A DNA stretch of 64,000 bases from Veleropilina oligotropha (Eukaryota), in NCBI GenBank assembly GCA_048128005.1, contig JBEUKZ010000093.1:1-64000 (forward strand), written 5' to 3'. The position numbers were made by a program, and so were the translations under genes. The notes under the pieces were generated by a model. That model was not told where the DNA came from and ran no database searches. It saw only the letters and a list, made by a program, of their open reading frames with translations. Shown piece by piece: positions 61,701 through 64,000 of the stretch (its first letter is position 1; every line of letters starts with the position of its first letter).

Positions 61701-63045
61701 TAATTGAGACCACATTAGTCTGTTCCCTTGGGTAAAATCACCCTGGTTGTTTTACAGTTGCATATATATATATTTAGAATAAAAGAATAAACAAGAAAAT
61801 TTGAAATGCAAACTAGCTTCACAATTGTCTCAACGGAGGAATGGTTAATATATGTTGTCGGACGACGTCGCGGTGAATACGGTGGATTGAATACCGAATA
61901 AAGTTAAAACACGAGGCGCTAACGTTATCCAACGTATTTACCAAGACGTTGTTCGACAACGTATTTATCTTGATTTTATCTTCATTTTACCTCGATTTCT
62001 TACCGTGATGCTTCATTAACAGAGGAGTCCCGATTTCGTTCATAACACTTGTTAGCGGCCATTTGCAAAGCTATCGACGGTGTCAGTAAGGCCGAGTTAT
62101 TTCCGTTGACGGCCAGTTAGCCAATCAGAACAGAGGATTATGACGTCACCGTTGGTTAAGAATCCATAACCAACGGCTGAGCGGTGTTTACGGTCAGTTG
62201 ACAACATGACGCCGGCCAATCAGAACAGAGAATTTGCGGCGAAATCAAGATAATATCCGTTTAACACTTTAGGGTCATAACAGAACGAGGTAGGAAATCC
62301 GCGTCTGCGCCGGCCACACATGGACCACTGTCAAAGTTAGCTCACAAAGAGTCGAACCGATGATTGGAAAAGGAAAGGAACGGATCGATGTTTAATGTCA
62401 TTTAGATTTCCAACCATTAAGTTCAAAGCAGGACATGCCCGCATTGTCGCGGGAAGAAAGCCTGGTCGCCCGTGCATGGAAACCGCCCAATTACGGATAT
62501 CGGTGATTCATAACTTGAACAAAAATGTCATGTCCAAACCAATGTTCGAACCCACTACTGTTCGTGTCAGCGAAATCAAGCCAGTGATTTTTCGGAGTCT
62601 GCAACCGAAACCACACGACTGTCGAAGAGGCCACCGATGATGGGAATCCATTCAGCGAAGACTATGCAGTCAGTAGAATTTAGAGCAAAGGTTTAACCTA
62701 CTTGGACATCGTTGCTAGATGGCATGTCATGTAATATTTTAGTGTGTCGATTTACATCCCTAAAAGCATAAACGAATTTCAAAATAAGTATAGCACCATT
62801 ATAAATCAACATCTGGCGAACAACGGCGAAGCTCAGTTGCGAACCATAAATCGTGGAAGGGCGTGTGCGGTACACTCTCGGTTACTTCATCATACCTTTG
62901 ACCCATGATCCAGAAAAATAGTCAGCTAGATTTCGATGCAGGATTTGGAACGTGTTTTCATCACGGCAGTAACGCGCGTTCGCTGCTTCAATAAACTGAC
63001 GATGATACCAGTTGAATAAGCGAACACCGTCTGCTCCTCGGTCGA
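37763..63045 (-). CDS. NACHT and WD40 repeat protein (NWD1/NWD2-like), 3' exons; gene continues beyond the window
   Basis: Exons 62896-63045 (ADGVRLFNWYHRQFIEAA..LADYF), 61324-61540 (RKLNNLPYHL..CNFEFLLAKL), 60847-61002 (DPNQLASQLLGRI), 59816-59984 (PGGQLVHSFSGH), 59008-59427 (SSDFTAKIWD), 56811-56990, 56136-56405, 54807-55176, 49967-50081, 48688-48853, 44412-44717, ~42211-42366, ~40590-40790, 37763-37959; most have phase-compatible GT-AG sites, some small exons unresolved. Confidence 0.82.
38065..38310 (-). mobile_element. tRNA-derived SINE copy
   Basis: Diverged match to the 54027-54275 family. Confidence 0.7.
38430..38675 (-). mobile_element. tRNA-derived SINE copy
   Basis: GATGCTTAATGTCC...GGAGGAAA...CCCGCCCTCTCCG...GAACCCACTAC family pattern. 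Confidence 0.75.
41963..42178 (-). pseudogene. Fragment of a TRPV-like paralog in an NWD intron
   Basis: ILEEVVRRWC..YPGD/KDLFKEYKKDAMLFLSND..NENLSVPIIAAKVAVADVLERLLLMDDVT aligns with LIDESVSWLC..HPDNKMLFKEYKKEAILHLTND..HENLNVLTLAAEIGAAEVLERFLLMEDVT of the 17413 ORF. Confidence 0.8.
42763..43175. repeat. 10-bp minisatellite (KACCCTTCAG)n
   Basis: About 40 tandem copies. Confidence 0.97.
43207..43360 (+). mobile_element. tRNA-like SINE head
   Basis: A box TGGCTTAGTGG and B box GGCTCGAATCC, no intact cloverleaf. Confidence 0.5.
44880..45724. mobile_element. Tc1/mariner remnant with internal inverted duplication
   Basis: TA+CAGGGTGTCTCA terminus on minus strand at 45711-45724; HTH fragment QIYRWVHKFQAT..RSGR..ARSPDNV..VGRSPKKS; ~44900-45160 inverted to ~45330-45575. 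Confidence 0.7.
45875..48500 (-). mobile_element. Degenerate L2-like LINE (APE endonuclease + RT), 3' end missing
   Basis: WNVQS, ETWL, GHIIDWV, SDHHLI; NYRPVS, LDLSSAFDTIDH, GVPQGSVLGP, YADDT; stops at SRLDYCNSLLAG; frameshifts. Confidence 0.9.
49602..49840 (-). mobile_element. tRNA-derived SINE copy
   Basis: Diverged match to the same SINE family. Confidence 0.65.
50375..50855. repeat. ~47-50-bp minisatellite
   Basis: GTAATCGGCTTGACGACATATGTAAGATTAATGCACA repeated about 9 times with two tail variants. Confidence 0.95.
51434..53413 (+). mobile_element. 5'-truncated CR1-group LINE with open RT ORF and (ATCTT)n tail
   Basis: NYRPVS, TDLSKAFD, GVPQGSVLGP, YADD; ORF ends 53028; AATAAA then ATCTT repeats at 53388-53412. 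Confidence 0.92.
54027..54275 (-). mobile_element. tRNA-derived SINE, full-length young copy
   Basis: Minus-strand head GGCCGCTTCGGCAGCGCAGTGG...GGTCAATACC; core CCGGGGTTTCCTCCC; flanked by TTCTTGATATGA. Confidence 0.8.
57185..57432. mobile_element. Possible non-autonomous Helentron/DINE-like element
   Basis: Starts ACTAG...TACCCG..CGGG after an (ATT)n run, ends ATATTAAGAT. Confidence 0.4.
57448..57693 (+). mobile_element. tRNA-derived SINE with 14-bp TSD
   Basis: Near-identical inverse of 54027-54275; TSD ACTATTGCAATTGC at 57434-57447 and 57694-57707. Confidence 0.9.
58612..58750. repeat. Fold-back (hairpin) element
   Basis: Arms TTTCATATGAGAATTATGAAAC..AATTTATGCACC / GGTGCATAAATT..GTTTCATAATTTTCATATGAAA. 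Confidence 0.75.
62385..62635 (-). mobile_element. tRNA-derived SINE copy
   Basis: Same family pattern. Confidence 0.7.
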
Positions 63046-63340
63046 CTGAAACGGTAATAACAGCATTACGATAAAATTAAAATCGTAACTATGTAAATAT
63101 TTTATTGATGTGAAATTGTGCCATTGATAGTGGGATGTTGTACCAAATTATGGTGTTACTAATTTGGCGAAAATGGGAGTACAGACATCTGGGCTTAATA
63201 TCCTGCTTTAACAACAGTCAGGTTCATACCTCGACATTATTATTGCGAGATGAAATCCCGGTCGCCCGAAGAAAACACCCTCTCCGTCTTGATATTGACA
63301 ACTGTGACTGGTAACTGAACAAAGAATGACATTGCCCAAC

Positions 63341-64000
63341 CGCATTGGAGAGAGCAATCAGACGACTGAAGTCGGTGTCCGCACTCTTATTGTAAAACCC
63401 GCATTGGAGAGAGCAATCAGACGACTGGAGTCGGTGCCCGCACTCTTACTGTAAAACCCGCATTGGAGAGAGCAATCAGACGACTGGAGTCGGTGCCCGC
63501 ACTCTTGCTGTAAAACCCGCATTGGAGAGAGCAATCAGACGACTGGAGTCGGTGCCCGCACTCTTACTGTAAAACCCTATACATTGGAGAGAGCAATCAG
63601 ACGACTGAAGTCGGTGCCCGCACTCTTACTGTAAAACCCGCATTGTAGAGAGCAATCAGACGACTGAAGTCGGTGCCCGCACTCTTACTGTAAAACCCGC
63701 ATTGGAGAGAGCAATCAGACGACTGGAGTCGGTGCCCGCACTCTTACTGTAAAACCCGCATTGGAGAGAGCAATCAGACGACTGAAGTCGGTGTCCGCAC
63801 TCTTACTGTAAAACCCGCATTGGAGAGAGCAATCAGACGACTGAAGTCGGTGCCCGCACTCTTACTGTAAAACCCGCATTGGAGAGAGCAATCAGACGAC
63901 TGAAGTCGGTGTCCGCACTCTTACTGTAAAACCCGCATTGGAGAGAGCAATCAGACGACTGAAGTCGGTGCCCGCACTCTTACTGTAAAACCCGCATTGG
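63341..64000. repeat. 59-bp tandem satellite running off the window
   Basis: CCGCATTGGAGAGAGCAATCAGACGACTGRAGTCGGTGYCCGCACTCTTACTGTAAAAC x11. Confidence 0.97.

Noticed and set aside
63341..64000. CRISPR-like regular array (also 50375-50855)
   Set aside because: Units are contiguous with no unique spacers; eukaryotic context with no cas genes

Overview
AT-rich, repeat-dense eukaryotic (animal, probably invertebrate) genomic DNA. The main feature is an apparently intact ~15.9-kb GC-rich endogenous Polinton-like/adintovirus-like dsDNA virus at 19631-35556. It has 106-bp perfect terminal inverted repeats (AGCAGC...GCTGCT) and an ACGTG target-site duplication. It encodes a retroviral-type DDE integrase, a packaging ATPase, candidate major and minor capsid proteins and several membrane proteins. 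Its single 1289-aa replication protein fuses a divergent family-B polymerase palm, an SF1 (RecD/Pif1-like) helicase and an HNH-type nuclease. The element sits in the S6 helix of an intronless ankyrin-repeat TRPV-like channel gene; removing it restores the reading frame at the insertion site. The right 26 kb holds the 3' part of a minus-strand multi-exon NACHT/WD40 (NWD1/NWD2-like) gene whose introns carry L2 and CR1 LINEs, SINEs, satellites and a stray TRPV paralog fragment. The left 17 kb holds a Penelope (Neptune-like) retroelement with a hammerhead motif, hAT and IS3EU-like transposase remnants, MITEs and minisatellites. All calls come from motif reading by eye; no searches were run.
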